Source: Octopus sinensis (taxonomy: Eukaryota). From it: a stretch of DNA of 64,000 nt. Positions 12,218 through 24,422 of the stretch are shown piece by piece (position 1 is the first letter of the stretch; the number at the start of each line of letters is the position of its first letter). Made by a program: the position numbers and the translations under genes. A model generated the notes under the pieces. It was not told where the DNA came from. It saw nothing but the letters and a program-made list of their open reading frames with translations, and did not search any database. The DNA is taken from assembly GCF_006345805.1 (NCBI RefSeq), contig NC_043019.1, positions 15,623,360-15,687,359 on the forward strand, read 5' to 3'.

Positions 12218-13330
12218 CAGTGGTTCTCAACCATTTTTTTTTATCTATGGGGTCCTTTGTTTACTGTTTTATTCTGGCAGACCCCCTCCCCATAGCCATC
12301 CAATGTTTAAAAACTAATTTTCTTGATACTTCTTTCAAAATTCCTATTTTCTTATACGCTCATTCATTTAGATAGGATGAAATATGTAAAATGTCAGAGA
12401 AAAAGACCTATCTGTTTCTTGCAATAAATACATTTGAATTAACACTTTACAAAGACCAGGTGAAACAGCTGGTTAGAAAATCTCTATAAGAGATGAAAGA
12501 AGTAGCAACAAACGTTACTTCTCAGTATAGTTAATGCTTTCCTCTTTTATAGAGATTTTCTAACTGGCTACTTTGCTTGTTGCTAGATCAGTGACCGATT
12601 GTCACTTATTTTTCTATTATAGTACGTCAAAATAAAAATCAAATGGAAATTGTAGTTGTGATACCTGTGCCAATTGCATGTAAAAAGCACCATCCGGACG
12701 TGGTCGATGCCAGCGCTGCCTTAATTGACATCCGTGCCGGTGGCACGTAAAAAGCACCAACCAATCGTGGCCATTGCCATCCTCCTCTGGTTCCTGTGCT
12801 TGTGTCATGTAAAGAGCACCCACTACATTCACAGAGTGGTTGGCATTAGGAAGGGCATCCAGCCATAGAGACACTGCCAGATCAGACTGAAGCCTGGTGC
12901 AGTCTCCTGGCTTCCCAGACCCCAGTTGAACTGTCCAATGAAAACAGATGTTAAACAATGATGATGATGATATTGCGAGCTGGAGCAAACTACTTTTATC
13001 TCCAGCAGGCAGATGTCCAGCTCTGAGGATGGGCAAAATTACTCAGAACCAGATGGTCTGCTAGTCCTGTGAAGATGCTGGAAGATGGTACGGGTTCACT
13101 CTTCTGCTTGCAATATATGTTGGATGCAGATTGCATTGATAATCAGCTGGAAGAAGCATCCTCTTGAGGTTAAAAATGGTTGTAATGTTGGTTTGTATGG
13201 AACAGCCATGGTGAAGTGGGAACAAATATTACTTTTCATGGACCCTTAAAATACTACAGCGGATGTCCAGTTTACTATTTTGCTAGTGGGGACTCCCAGG
13301 GGTCATATGAGTCCCGGTTGAGAAACACTT
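12218..13330. mobile_element. hAT-type MITE (family F) interrupted by a SINE
   Basis: Left end CAGTGGTTCTCAACC at 12218, right end GTTGAGAAACACT near 13318-13330; family A SINE in between. Confidence 0.6.
12620..12972 (+). mobile_element. SINE family A copy with (GAT)n tail
   Basis: Three gtaaaaagcacc-type modules, then gtggttggcattaggaagggcatccagc core and aaaacagatgttaaacaatgatgatgat tail. Other copies at ~958, 9902, 26650, 41110, 48130, 48820, 53275 and 53500. Confidence 0.85.
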
Positions 13331-13571
13331 CTTGAAATAACTAAATATATTGCTGTTGTTGCCATCTGAGTATCAAAACCAAGCATACTTTGAAGGGATA
13401 TATTCTGTTCGAGTTATGTCCCTTTATGCTGAGATGGATTTAGTTATTAAGTAAATAGAGGTTGATAAAGTAAGTACCAAACCACACTAAATAAACTAAA
13501 ACCCCTTTGAAAAGATGCCCCAGCATGGCCACTAACCACTGTCCAAAGACCGACAATACCAAAAGAAAATA

Positions 13572-13980
13572 TATAGGTGCAGATGTGGGTAGGTTGTAAG
13601 AAGTTTGTTTCCTGACTACATGGTGCTGGGTTCAGCCCCATTGCATGGCACCTTGGGCAGTGCCTTCTACTATAGCCCCAGGCTATCCAAAGTCTTGTGA
13701 GTACATTTGGTAGACAAGACTGACAAGAGCCCATCATATATATATATATATATGTATGCATGTGTGTGTGTGTCTTTGTTTGTCCTCCACCAGCACCTGA
13801 CAACCAGTGTTGGTGTGTTTATGTCCCCATAACGTAGCAATTCAGCAAAAGAAACCAAGAGAATGAGTACCAAGCTTAAAAAAAAAAAGAAAGGTACTGG
13901 GGTCAATTTGTTTACTAAAATTCTTCAAGATGGTGACCCAGTACTGCCTCAGACTGAAACAAGTAAAAAATAAAAAGATA
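13572..13980 (+). mobile_element. SINE family C (tRNA/CORE-like head, internal TA/CA microsatellite)
   Basis: ggttcagccccattgcatggcaccttgggcag..ttctactatagcc head, microsatellite, then tgacaaccagtgttggtgtgtttatgtccccataac...ctgaaacaagtaaaa tail. Other + copies at ~26235, 31972 and 51880. Confidence 0.85.
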
Positions 13981-15013
13981 TTTTTAAGAATATCATGAGC
14001 TGCCTGCCACTTTAGAAAAGGCATTAGAAGACCTCAGCCATTCTCTGCACTACACTTATTATTATTAGAAACAACAAGATCCTCCTTCACCGATAAAACT
14101 CAAGCACTAATGAGTTTTCAGAACCTTCCTACATCATTTTTTTTCTACCATTACATTGCTTTTAAATTATACCAACCAGCCAACCAGCAATCTAGTCAGT
14201 CAGCCAGTCACTCAGCTGTTGTTTATTGAACTTACTGGCACCACCATTTCTACACCTATTCAAGAACTACTTCTGGTGAGACAGTAGGAAAAACAGATAA
14301 ATAAATAGATAAAACGGTGAGACAGCTCTGCAAGCCTGACTCTGTCTACTTCAGTCTCAAGTTCACTTTGGTAACCACCCATGTTTTAAGTCAAAGAGTA
14401 ACATGTCATTCAGTATTTTAACCACTCTAATATCACCTCCTCTTCCTTTCACCATTTTACTCCCCCCCCCCCCTCCAAATCTTCCCACGTTCTATAAGTA
14501 CACTATTTTCATTATTTCCTGTCGAGAACAACAGGTAGGTCCAGGCATGGCTGTGTGGTTAGCAAGCTTTGCAACTGTGTGGTTTAGGGTTCAATTCCAC
14601 TGCACAGCATCTCTGGCAAGTGTTTTCTACTATAACCCCAAGCTGACCAATGCCTAGTATATAAATTTGCTAGATGGAATCTATGAGGGAGTCCATCTTG
14701 CAGATATATGCATGTATGTATGTATTTCTTTGAGTTCTGTTTAGGTGCTTCTTAACCCTTTTTTTACTGTATTTATACAGACACACATGTATAAATACAA
14801 TAGGCTTCTTTCAGTTTCAATTTCCTTCCACCATATCTACCCACAAGACTTTGGTTGGCCTGAGGCTATACTAGAAGACACTTGCTCAAGGTGCCACGCA
14901 GTGAGATTGAACCTGGAGCCATGTGGTTGGGAAGCAAACTTCTTACCAAACAGCATTGTAATTTTTTTTTTCTGAAATACATACTCACCTGTAACATTTA
15001 TCTCTAATTTCAG

Positions 15014-15102
15014 CGGGATCCCAATGTCAGAAGAGATTATCTCCGTCTTCGAAGCCAGCTCCTCACTGCACGATATGGAAGTCCAGCTTTCTCGGATCAA
15101 AG
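15014..15102 (+). CDS. Internal coding exon A of an unidentified + strand host gene (RDPNVRRDYLRLRSQLLTARYGSPAFSDQ, phase 0 to 2)
   Basis: Acceptor tctctaatttcag| and donor AAG|gtaggc. GC/CpG-richer than its flanks. 89 nt; only this frame continues without a stop into exon B. Confidence 0.7.
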
Positions 15103-17859
15103 GTAGGCTTGACCCCTCCAGAGATTATATCTTTTGTCAGTATTTAAGAAAAAATCCAAGGAAATTCATATGTAGCATTTATGTAGCATTTTCATTGCAT
15201 TATGTTTTGGCTTAAATTTAAGATATTTGTAGGTCTTGTCAGTCATTTTAGCCTTTCAGTTACTTATTTATAAAAGGGTGATCCATTTGTAATTACTCTT
15301 TTACTTGTTTCAGTCATGTGACTGTGGCTATGCTGGAGCACCGCCTTTAGTCAAGCATCGACCCCACGACTTATTCTTTTTAAGCATACTACTTATTCTA
15401 ATAAAAAATAAAATAAAATAATGAAATTATTGTATACAGTGCTCAGGTGCACCACAACTTGTCAGAAAGTGCATATAAAGTACATGCAGCAATGTAGAAA
15501 TGTCTGGAAAGTGAACATGCTTGTGTGTGTATGGAGGGGAGAAAATCAAGTGTAGTGTTGGCGAATCTCAGGAAGCATGGAAGTTTTGAAGGATGCAGTG
15601 CTTCTATCGGTCTCTTTTGCCAAACCGCTAAGTTATGGGGACGTAAACTCTAGCATCGGTTGTCAAGCAATGTTGGGGAGGCAAACATACACACACAAAC
15701 ATACACACACACAACTGTGCCTATGTTCCCACCCACTCATTATTAGCGATAAACTATTTAAAGGCAGTGAGCTGGCAAAATCTTTGGTGCATCATACAAA
15801 ATGTTAAGTGGTATTTCTTCCAGCTCTCAACATTCTGAGTTCAAGTCCTGCCTGTGTCAGCTTTGTCTTTCATCTTTTAAGGATCGATGAAATAAGTACC
15901 AGTTAAGCACTGAGGTTGATATAACGGATTTCCCCTTCCCTCTAAAAGTGCTGACCTTGTGCTAAAATTAGATAAAATTATTAATGATAGACTATTTGTT
16001 TTTTGCCCTCAATTCCAACAGTAGCCCCTCCTTCTAAGTCCCATTTCCAGTGATAAATTATTTGATTTATTTTTGCCCCAGTTCCAGTCATAAACTGTTG
16101 TTTTAGTCTTCCTAAAATCTTTTGATAGAGTATTTACTTTTTTTTTTTACCGCAATCCCAGTGATATAAACCTCTTCTTTTGATTTTTCCTTAAATTCAA
16201 TCAATAAACAATGTTTCTCCTTCATTTTCAACAAAAACTATATTATCATTATTATTTTTTTTTTTTTTTTTTGTCCCCAATTTTATCAATGAACCATTTT
16301 TCCCTCCTTGATTCCGACAATAAACCATTATTACTTCTTTTTATTTCCTTTCAATTCTGTTGAGGAACTATTTGTTTATCACCCACAAATCTTCAAAAAT
16401 AACCCAAACTATTCAACATGGGGGAGAATTTAACATTAGTGTGCAAAGAAAAAAACATTACTTTAATTCCAACATAATTTATGTCTAAAATCAATTTTTT
16501 TCTCTCATTAATGTTTTGTTATATTTTCTAAGTTTGATATTTTATACAATTTAATACAATTGGAATTGAAAGGTCATTCCTGAAATACAATATTAAAAAA
16601 AAAAAATATTTTCCAGATATAATAGAATTATCATTTATCTTTCTTCTACACTGTTTGTTTATGCTTTCCCAATTTACAAATTAATGTTTGATTTAAATAA
16701 TTTATTACATTTTATTATCTAACTCCATAATTTTCGCTCTAAATATTCATAATAAATAAAGACATTATAAATTTTACACATTTAAAAGAAAAAAAGTGAA
16801 ATTTAGATTTCTCATTTTGATATCCTATTATCATAAAATCTGTTTTAGTTTTGGTATTCTTTTGTTATAAAAAATATATATATATGTATGTTTGATGCCT
16901 TCTTACTATAAATTATATGTAGGTTTGATGTTCTCTTACTTCAAACATATCTTGATTTTTATATCTTCATGTCATAAATGCAGGTTTAATATCCTCAAAG
17001 TAGAAAGTTCTTTGTTCTCTATTATCATCATCATTATTATTATTATTATTACTATACTAAAGCAGTCTTATTTTTATTGCATGCGTTCACTGCACTACCA
17101 AGCACAGCTGTGCGTGTCTTAGATACATGCTGCTGGGTATTGTTTTGGTGTTGTTATTTTTACTGTATTTGAAAGTGCTCTGCATAAGATGTGTGTGATG
17201 CCAAGCTGTGCTATTTTCTGCATGTTATATATATTCATAAGTCTTGGTGTTTTGGTTATGCATTTGTCTATGTTTTTAGATCACACTAAACCATCTATTA
17301 TTATAGGGATTGTTTCTGTTTTTAGGGCCCTTATATGACGTTATTTCTATTCCTAGATTTTTGTATTTTGAATGTTTCTCCATTTCATTTTAGAGAATCA
17401 TTGTCATCTGTTGAGACTGATATGTTGATTAGGAGGCATTTTATTTTTCTTTCTTGGTGGTCCTTGACAAAAATTTGTTATCATTAAGGCAGTGTACTGA
17501 CATTACTGTACTGGAAAAAATGCTTAGCAGCATTTCTCCTGACTTTACATTCTGATTTCAAATACCACTGGGGTCAGATTTGCCTTTCATCCTTTCAGGG
17601 TTGATAAAATCAGTACCAGTTGAGCACAGGGGTCAATGTAATTCACTTACCCCCTCTCCGAAATTGTTGGCCTTGTGTCAAAATTGGAAACCATTATTAT
17701 ATGACCCTAAACCTTTTTTTTTTGTTCTCTACAGTCAAAGCTGGTCTTATTGTTTTAATAGTTTGGTCAGTCTTTATAGGGAAATCCTATAAAATCCTGT
17801 AATTATAATTTCCTATCACAAAATCTAGCTTGTGTTCTTAACACATTTCTACTACTTTG

Positions 17860-18283
17860 AATCCATACACTGCAGTGCATTCTTTTTCTAACACACTCAT
17901 GTCTGTGTTTATACTCTTTTTGTGCTAGCTTACTACTTTCTCTTAAGAAATGGTTACTAGTTTTATCACCATTCCCACTGATTTTGTGTTTGCTCTCTGA
18001 CTGAGTTTTATCAAATTTATTCTCTGACTTCAACTTTCTTTCTTTCATCAACAACCAACATTCTTTACTGCATCCTCTGTTTGTTGCATGAACTGGCCAT
18101 TATTTTTCCTGCTCTTTCTAGCTAATTGTTCTGTTGTTCTTTCTTTTGTTCCTGGATTTTTTTTTCTTGGTGATCCTTGACATCTATATCTGGTCTATTA
18201 GCCTTGATTTCTCTATCTGTATGTATTAGCATATTCCCGAGTATGGTTACTTTGTCATTTTTTGAAACCTTTTCCGGAGTGTG
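17860..18283 (-). mobile_element. R4/Dong-like non-LTR retrotransposon relic (decayed CCHC region and restriction-like endonuclease)
   Basis: NGQFMQQTED...SKLAQKEYKHRHECVRKRMH and HTPEKVSKNDKVTILGNMLIHTDREIKANRPDIDVKD. Confidence 0.75.
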
Positions 18284-18309
18284 CCTTGTTGTTGTTGTTG
18301 TAATTTTTA

Positions 18310-18678
18310 TTATTACCTCCGCTTTAGCGAAGGTGGAGGTATTGATCTCATTTGTGTTTGCTTGTTTGTCCATGGACAAGGTATCTCAAGAACCGCTGGA
18401 TGGATTCAGATGAAACCTTCAGGGATGTCTGGCCTCATGACTGGCACAAACTGATTAGATTTTGGGATCGATCTGGTACTGGACAAGGCTTCTGGATTAT
18501 TTTTCCTGTTTTTTTACTTAATTTTTGAGTTCGGTCATGTTCATTTTTGGTATTTTATTTGTGAGAGCAGTCGAGTTTATTTCAGATATTCTCATTTAAA
18601 AAATCATCTCTGGCTTAATTGTTGAGAGGATGTTGGTGTTGCTTTGGTGGAGGTTTGCACTCTCTGAGTGCTCGTGTT
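18310..18678 (+). mobile_element. Non-autonomous Helentron-associated (HINE/DINE-1-like) element
   Basis: 5' TTATT-ACCTCCGC...GTGGAGGT inverted pair, 3' subterminal TTGGTGGAGGT, then hairpin GCACTC-TCT-GAGTGC (18657-18671); TT flanks. Confidence 0.7.
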
Positions 18679-18958
18679 ATTATTATTATTATTGTTATTA
18701 TTATTTTATTATTGTTGTTGTTATAATCATTATTGCCATTATTATGGCCTTGTACTGAAATTTGAAACCATTATCATCATCATCATTATTATTTGTCTTA
18801 ACCATCAGAAAATATTGTTGAATAAATTATTGTTGCCAATGTAAAAACAAAAACAAAAAGAATTAAATTAAAAATAAAACAAATAAAATAGAATATTGAA
18901 TCTGCTATTGTTTGATTCTGATTTAAAGAGAAACAAAACGCAAATTTGTCTTTTGCAG

Positions 18959-19013
18959 CAGTTTACGTAGCCGTGCTTTGAGTTTACGCAGTCTCAGCAG
19001 GAACACAGTTGAA
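18959..19013 (+). CDS. Internal coding exon B ((S)SLRSRALSLRSLSRNTVE, phase 2 to 0)
   Basis: Acceptor tttgtcttttgcag| (NAGNAG, alternative start 18962) and donor GAA|gtaagt. 55 nt. SLRS occurs twice with synonymous codon differences (AGT TTA CGT AGC vs AGT TTA CGC AGT). Confidence 0.7.
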
Positions 19014-19079
19014 GTAAGTTCTGTGAGTACAATCAAGGCTATTCTGCATTTCTACTTTTCTTTCATTTCGTTGGATTTT

Positions 19080-19128
<49 letters not shown>

Positions 19129-19686
19129 GTTTTCTTTTTAGTTTAAACATTCATGCTGCTGCTTAGAAAAATCTTGCCGTTGATTTCTCATGAATTAAAA
19201 TCATTTTCATGAATTGTATTCATGTAATTTACTAATTATAAATAATTAGCCAAGCTTAATAACTTATAGAAAATTAATATCTCTTTCTTAAATATCAATT
19301 TTTTTTTTTTGCAGTAAAGGTAAAAACAAAAAAAAAAAGTTAATAATAATTGTGGGAGAGGTTTTGACAAAAAAAAAACACAACAAAGAAAGAATATAAA
19401 AAAATCAAAGAATGTTCTATTATTTCTTGTTGATTAGATACTGAAATAGGAAACATTTAGTTGTTTTAATTAATGTATTTCATCAAACTGAAAGAAAGAT
19501 GCCCTGAAATCTTGAAATTTGTTAGCTTTATATTTCATCCTCTTCATTTAGGATGATTAATACTACTACTACTACTGTATGGTAAAGGTAAATCAATCAA
19601 CCACCCGACCAGCCAACCAGCACTTTCTAATGAGGCAAATTTTATTGCAGTTCCACTTCATCATCTTATCATATTCAACATTTATC

Positions 19687-19998
19687 ATTGTAGTAGTAGT
19701 AGTAGTTGTATCAGTAATAATAGTAGTAGTAGCAGTAATAGTAGTAGTAGTAGTAGTAGTAGTAGCATTAGTAATAGCAACAGCAGTAGTAATAGTAGTA
19801 ACATCAGTAATAGTAGTAGTAGTAGTAGTAGTAGCATCATCAGTAGTAGTAACAGCAGCAGTAGTAGTTGTAGTAGCATCAGTAGTAGTAGTAGTAGTAG
19901 CAGCAGCATCAATGGTTGTAGTAGTAGTAGCAGCAGCAGTAGTAGTTGTAGTAGCAGCGGTAGCAGCAGCAGCAGTGGCATCAGTAATAGTGGTGGTA

Positions 19999-20051
<53 letters not shown>

Positions 20052-20060
20052 TGTGGTGAC
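19687..20060. repeat. Compound trinucleotide array (GTA/GCA/GTG)n
   Basis: Read directly; gives the poly-Val and poly-Leu ORFs in the track. Confidence 0.95.
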
Positions 20061-20259
20061 AGTGGAAGAAGTTCCTCAGTTTATAATGATGCAATAGGTC
20101 AATCAGTGTTAACATATTTAACTGGTCGTTAGCAACCCACTCGGTTCTGGATTCAGTCTTTCCGGAAAGCACCACAGGCAAGCGTCTTCTTCAAAGTCTC
20201 TTTCCATAATGTCAGCTTAACTAAAACCTTGTTAGTGAAATTTTGATAGACAATTAGCT

Positions 20260-20560
20260 GTATGTGTGTGTGTGTGACATTACCCATCCAGCAGAGCATG
20301 CTAGCTACATTTCTTTCAAGCCTTTGCAAGTCCTCTGTAGACAAAATCCACATTTCACTGCATGTAACATAACTACATCATACAATCTGCCTTTTGCTCT
20401 GAGAAAGAGGCCCTTAGTTACCAACAAAGATAGAAGCTCCTTGAACTTCACCCAGCCCGTTCTTATCTTAGCAGCTACACTTTCAGAACTGCCCCCACCC
20501 TGTTAACTTGGTCTCTTAGGTAATAGAAGCTATCTACTACTTCTAATGATCCACCCGAGC
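20260..20560 (-). mobile_element. RTE-clade LINE reverse transcriptase fragment
   Basis: GGGSSESVAAKIRTGWVKFKELLSLLVTKGLFLRAKGRLYD and TEDLQRLERNVASMLCWM. Confidence 0.8.
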
Positions 20561-21157
20561 ATTTGAGGGAGCCCATTGTCTGCATATTTTAGTGCTTATT
20601 GTACCTGCACATCTAATAGTTTGTCTTTGAAGGTTGAAAACCAGGAGACAGTTTTTTGATCAGAGAAATGACAATGGTGTTACTGATTGAAGCTAGTGAT
20701 GCACACTAACATATTCGCATGCATGCACACTCACACTCACACACATACATATATGATAGGCTTCTTTTAGTTTTCCTCTACCAGTTCCCACAAGGCTTTG
20801 GTTGGCCTAGGGCTATAGTAGAAGACCTTGTCCAAGGTTCCATCCTCAGCCCTACTCCCATCTTTCTAGACCACTATGCTCAATTCCTCTCCCCACAGAA
20901 AGTCAACTCAGCAGAACTGCCATTTTTTCCACCTAGTATGTGGCCTCTCAGACTGCTAGAAATAATAGTCAAATTCCCTCAAGTCACACCTTTACCTTCT
21001 GGACAAGGAATGACTTTTTGAATAATGTTGTCAAAACTATACAAGAAGACAGGATGCTAGAGTCTGCTCAATCAAGACAGACATGAGACTAAACAAGAAT
21101 TTGGATAATATTTCTTGCAGTTTAAGTGACCCTGTGTTTGATGATGATGATGATGAT

Positions 21158-21540
21158 GTGGAGGTGCAATGGCCCAGTGGTTAGGGTAGCGGATTTGCGG
21201 TCATGGGATCGCGGTTTCGACTCCCAGACCAGGTATTGCAAGTATTTATTGGGCAAAAACACCTAAAGCTCCATGAGGTTCTGGCAGGGGGTGGTGGTGA
21301 ACTCTTCTGTACCCTTTCACCACAACTTTCTCTCGCTCTTTCTTCCTGTTTCTGTTGTACCTGTATTTCAAAGGGGCCAGCCTTGTCACATTCTGTGTTG
21401 TGCTGAATCTCCCCCGAGAACTACGTTAAGGTACGCGTGTCTGTGGAGTGCTCAGCCACTTGCACGTTAATTTCACAAGCAGGCTGTTCTGGTGATTGGA
21501 TCAACTGGAACCCTTGTCATTGTAACCGATGGAGTGCCAC
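21158..21540 (+). mobile_element. tRNA-derived SINE (family D), near full length
   Basis: A box TGGCCCAGTGG (21170-80) and B box GGTTTCGACTCCC (21213-25). 3' part recurs at 21722-21880 and 45400-45565. Inserted after (GAT)n. Confidence 0.85.
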
Positions 21541-21548
21541 TCACCACC

Positions 21549-21586
<38 letters not shown>

Positions 21587-22625
21587 CTAGGCACAAGGCC
21601 TGAAATTTTTTTGGGAGGGGGGGGGGCTAGTCGATTAAATTGACTCCAGTACGCAACTGGTACTTAATTTATTGACCCCAAAAAGATGAAAGGCAAAGTC
21701 AACCTCAGCAGAATTTGAACTCAGCCTTGTCACATTCTGTGTTGTGCTGAATCTCTCTGAGAACCACGTTAGGGGTATATGTGTCTGTGGAGTGCTCAGC
21801 CACTTGCACATTAATTTCACAAGCAGGCTGTTCCATTGATCAGATCAGCTGGAACCCTTGCCATCGTAACCGACGGAATGCCATGATGACGATGCTGCTG
21901 CTGCTGATGATGATATTGAGGCGAGTGCTGATAGTAAATGATGATAATTTTTGTGGATTTTTATGGCTGAAATATTGGATAATTGTTTAGATTAGAAGCT
22001 GCAGTTTTACAAGTTCTATTTTCTTTTCTTTTTTTTTTTTGAGACTCACTACTACTGCTGTTACTGAGGCTATTGCTGCTGCTGCTATGCATTATTCAAG
22101 TCTGAAAGCTGAACACAGAAATTTTACTTAACATATTATGGTATTTGATTAATTGATATCCAATATGGCATTTGGTTTGAAAATTCTCTTTGAATATAAG
22201 TTGTATTGCAAGTCACTCAGAGTAACTCTTTAGTTCGAGAGAAAGAGATAGGGGGAGGGAGTAACGAGTGGGAAGAGGTGTTGTCTCAATGAATGCTATG
22301 TCAATAAACACCTCAACAATGAAAATCCAGCAAGGTGAGTGGATGGTGGCTACCATTCAATGGTCATAAATCTTATACTTTTATTTGTGTATTTATTAAA
22401 ATTTTTCTTCTTTTTTTTTTTTTGGTTTTTCATTTGTTTCTTGGTTTGTTTGTTTCTGAAAACACTTTGTTTATTATTTGGGAATTTTCTCCAATCATAA
22501 AATAGAATAACTGGATGATTGATTGATTCATTCATTAAGTGTACTTGACCAAGAAGACTCTGTGTCTTCGTGGTCAAGTATAACAACCCTAGGCTATAAT
22601 AATAAGAATGATGATGGCAATAATT

Positions 22626-22973
22626 CTAATTTTTGGCACAAGGCCAGCAATTTCATAGGAATGGGGTTGGGGGTGCTAGTCGATTACATTGACCCCCCCC
22701 CCAGTGTTCAACTGATACTTATTTCATTGACCCTCAAAGGATGAAAGGCAAAGTCCACCTCAGTGGATAAGATGCTGCTAAGCATTTTTTCCAATGTGCA
22801 TCTTTCTAATTTTTGGCACAAGGCTTGCACTTTTTTGAGGGAATGGGGTTAATTGATTATATCACATCTTCCCCTCCTTGTGTTCAGTTGGTACTTATTT
22901 TATCAACCCCAAAAGGATGAAAGGCAAAGTCAACCTCAGTGAAATTTGGACTCAAAGCATAAAGAGTCAAAAC

Positions 22974-23006
<33 letters not shown>

Positions 23007-23200
23007 CCTTTCTACTATAGGCACAAGGCCTGAAATTTTGGGTGAGGTGGGTGGGGCTAGTCAACCATATCAACCCCAGTGCATAATTTGTACTTATTTC
23101 ATTCACCTCGAAAGGATGAAAGGCAAAATTGACCTCAGCGGGATTTGAACTCAGAACGTAAGGATGAATGAAATACCACTAAGCATCTTGGCCATCAGAT
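22626..23200 (-). mobile_element. Three head-to-tail family B SINEs
   Basis: Three repeats of ggcacaagg...ggtacttattt...ggatgaaaggcaaagt separated by short spacers, one of them (AAT)n. Confidence 0.85.
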
Positions 23201-23249
23201 TAATGTAAAATTGTTTTTATTATAACTGAGCATAAAAATAAACATATAT

Positions 23250-23605
23250 TTTCTATCCAGTCTCCTTGGCTGATGTTTGTGCCAAATGTGACTTTGGAGT
23301 CCAAATCGATGGTGAAAGAGTCGTGGGCAGAATTTGCACAGGATGGTTGGTGCGGGTCGAGGATGTTGAAGACGCTCCTTTCTTCTCCTGTGTTTTACCT
23401 CCTCATTCTGTTGTCTGTTCTGCTCAAAGGAGCTGGCTCCATTGCAGATAGCAGTCCTCTAGGCTGCCCTATCCACGGTAATCTGTTTCCACGAGGATGG
23501 CTGGATGTTAGTTTGAGCCAGGGTCCGTTTGATATGGTCTTTAAAACGGAATTTCAGACCTCCTCTGGGTCTTGTTCCAATTGCAAGTTCTTCATAGAGC
23601 ATGAA
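23250..23605 (-). mobile_element. RTE-clade LINE C-terminus with terminal C2H2-like motif
   Basis: LYEELAIGTRPRGGLKFRFKDHIKRTL...W...DRAA*R...CKFCPRLFHHRFGLQSHIWHKH, with one in-frame stop. Confidence 0.88.
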
Positions 23606-24399
23606 AGAAAGAGAGAGGGAAGGTTTCTTTCAATTTTCATCTATCAAATCCATTCCTTAGGTATTGACTAGCTCAAGGCTCTCATAGAAGACTCTTGGCC
23701 AAGATGCTTTTGCCATGCAGCAGGATTGAACCCAAGATTGTAGAGCAAGCTTCTTAACCAACAGCCACTTGCCATGACTAAATAACTTAAATTTTACGAC
23801 TCATTATTACAAGACAGTTTGTCTGCCAATCCTGCCAGTCTTACTTGATAACTGTTATGATAACGACAATATCATAATGTTAACTACATTACTGTAACAC
23901 AATAACATTATAACTGTAATGTTAACCATGTAGTAACGATAACACAATTAGTGTAATGAAATATTGTAACAATATTTTTGTTCATAAAATTATGTTTATA
24001 ATGCAATATTGTAACAACAATGCAATGCTGTGATTACAACAACAATTGTAATATAACGTTATACCAAAATCGAGAACGGAATATTGTGACAACAACTTCA
24101 ATGACAGTATTTTAAATGCCATTGTAAATTAATTCCTTTCATCCCTGTAGTCTTAATGAACCCTTATCAAAATTTAATTTAAATAAAAATGAAAAACATC
24201 CCCCAAGAAATCTTTTTAACAAACCAAGCAATAACTTAAAAAAATCATTTGAACTTCATTGTTTTTATTTTCCCTCAATTTTTCATCTCATCTAAATATA
24301 TTTTGCTTTAAATTTCATTAAAAAAACGACTTTGTTTAGTTTAGTTTTCAAACTTCATTTAAAGATTAATATAAACAAAAAAAGAAAAACAAAAAAGGA

Positions 24400-24422
24400 A
24401 TGTTTTCACTAATGAGACAGAA
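24400..24422 (+). CDS. Possible alternative first coding exon (MFSLMRQ, ends phase 2)
   Basis: ATG...CAGAA|gtaagt after a unique AT-rich stretch. Frame-compatible with exon C only through the 28-nt candidate at 34105. Confidence 0.2.

Noticed and set aside
15024-15215. ORF-track peptide MSEEIISVFEASSSLHDMEVQLSRIK as the product of exon A
   Set aside because: That frame hits a stop on splicing into exon B with either acceptor.
19579-20097. 172-aa poly-Val ORF (and the opposite-strand poly-Leu ORF)
   Set aside because: Translation of a (GTA/GCA/GTG)n microsatellite; no splice or coding signal.
21158-21235. Possible tRNA gene (A and B boxes)
   Set aside because: No complete cloverleaf; continues into a SINE body found elsewhere in the window.
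22298-22334. ATG...CAAG|gtgagt as a first coding exon (MSINTSTMKIQQ)
   Set aside because: Ends in phase 1; joining to exon C, directly or via the micro-exon, gives stops. It could still be a noncoding exon.
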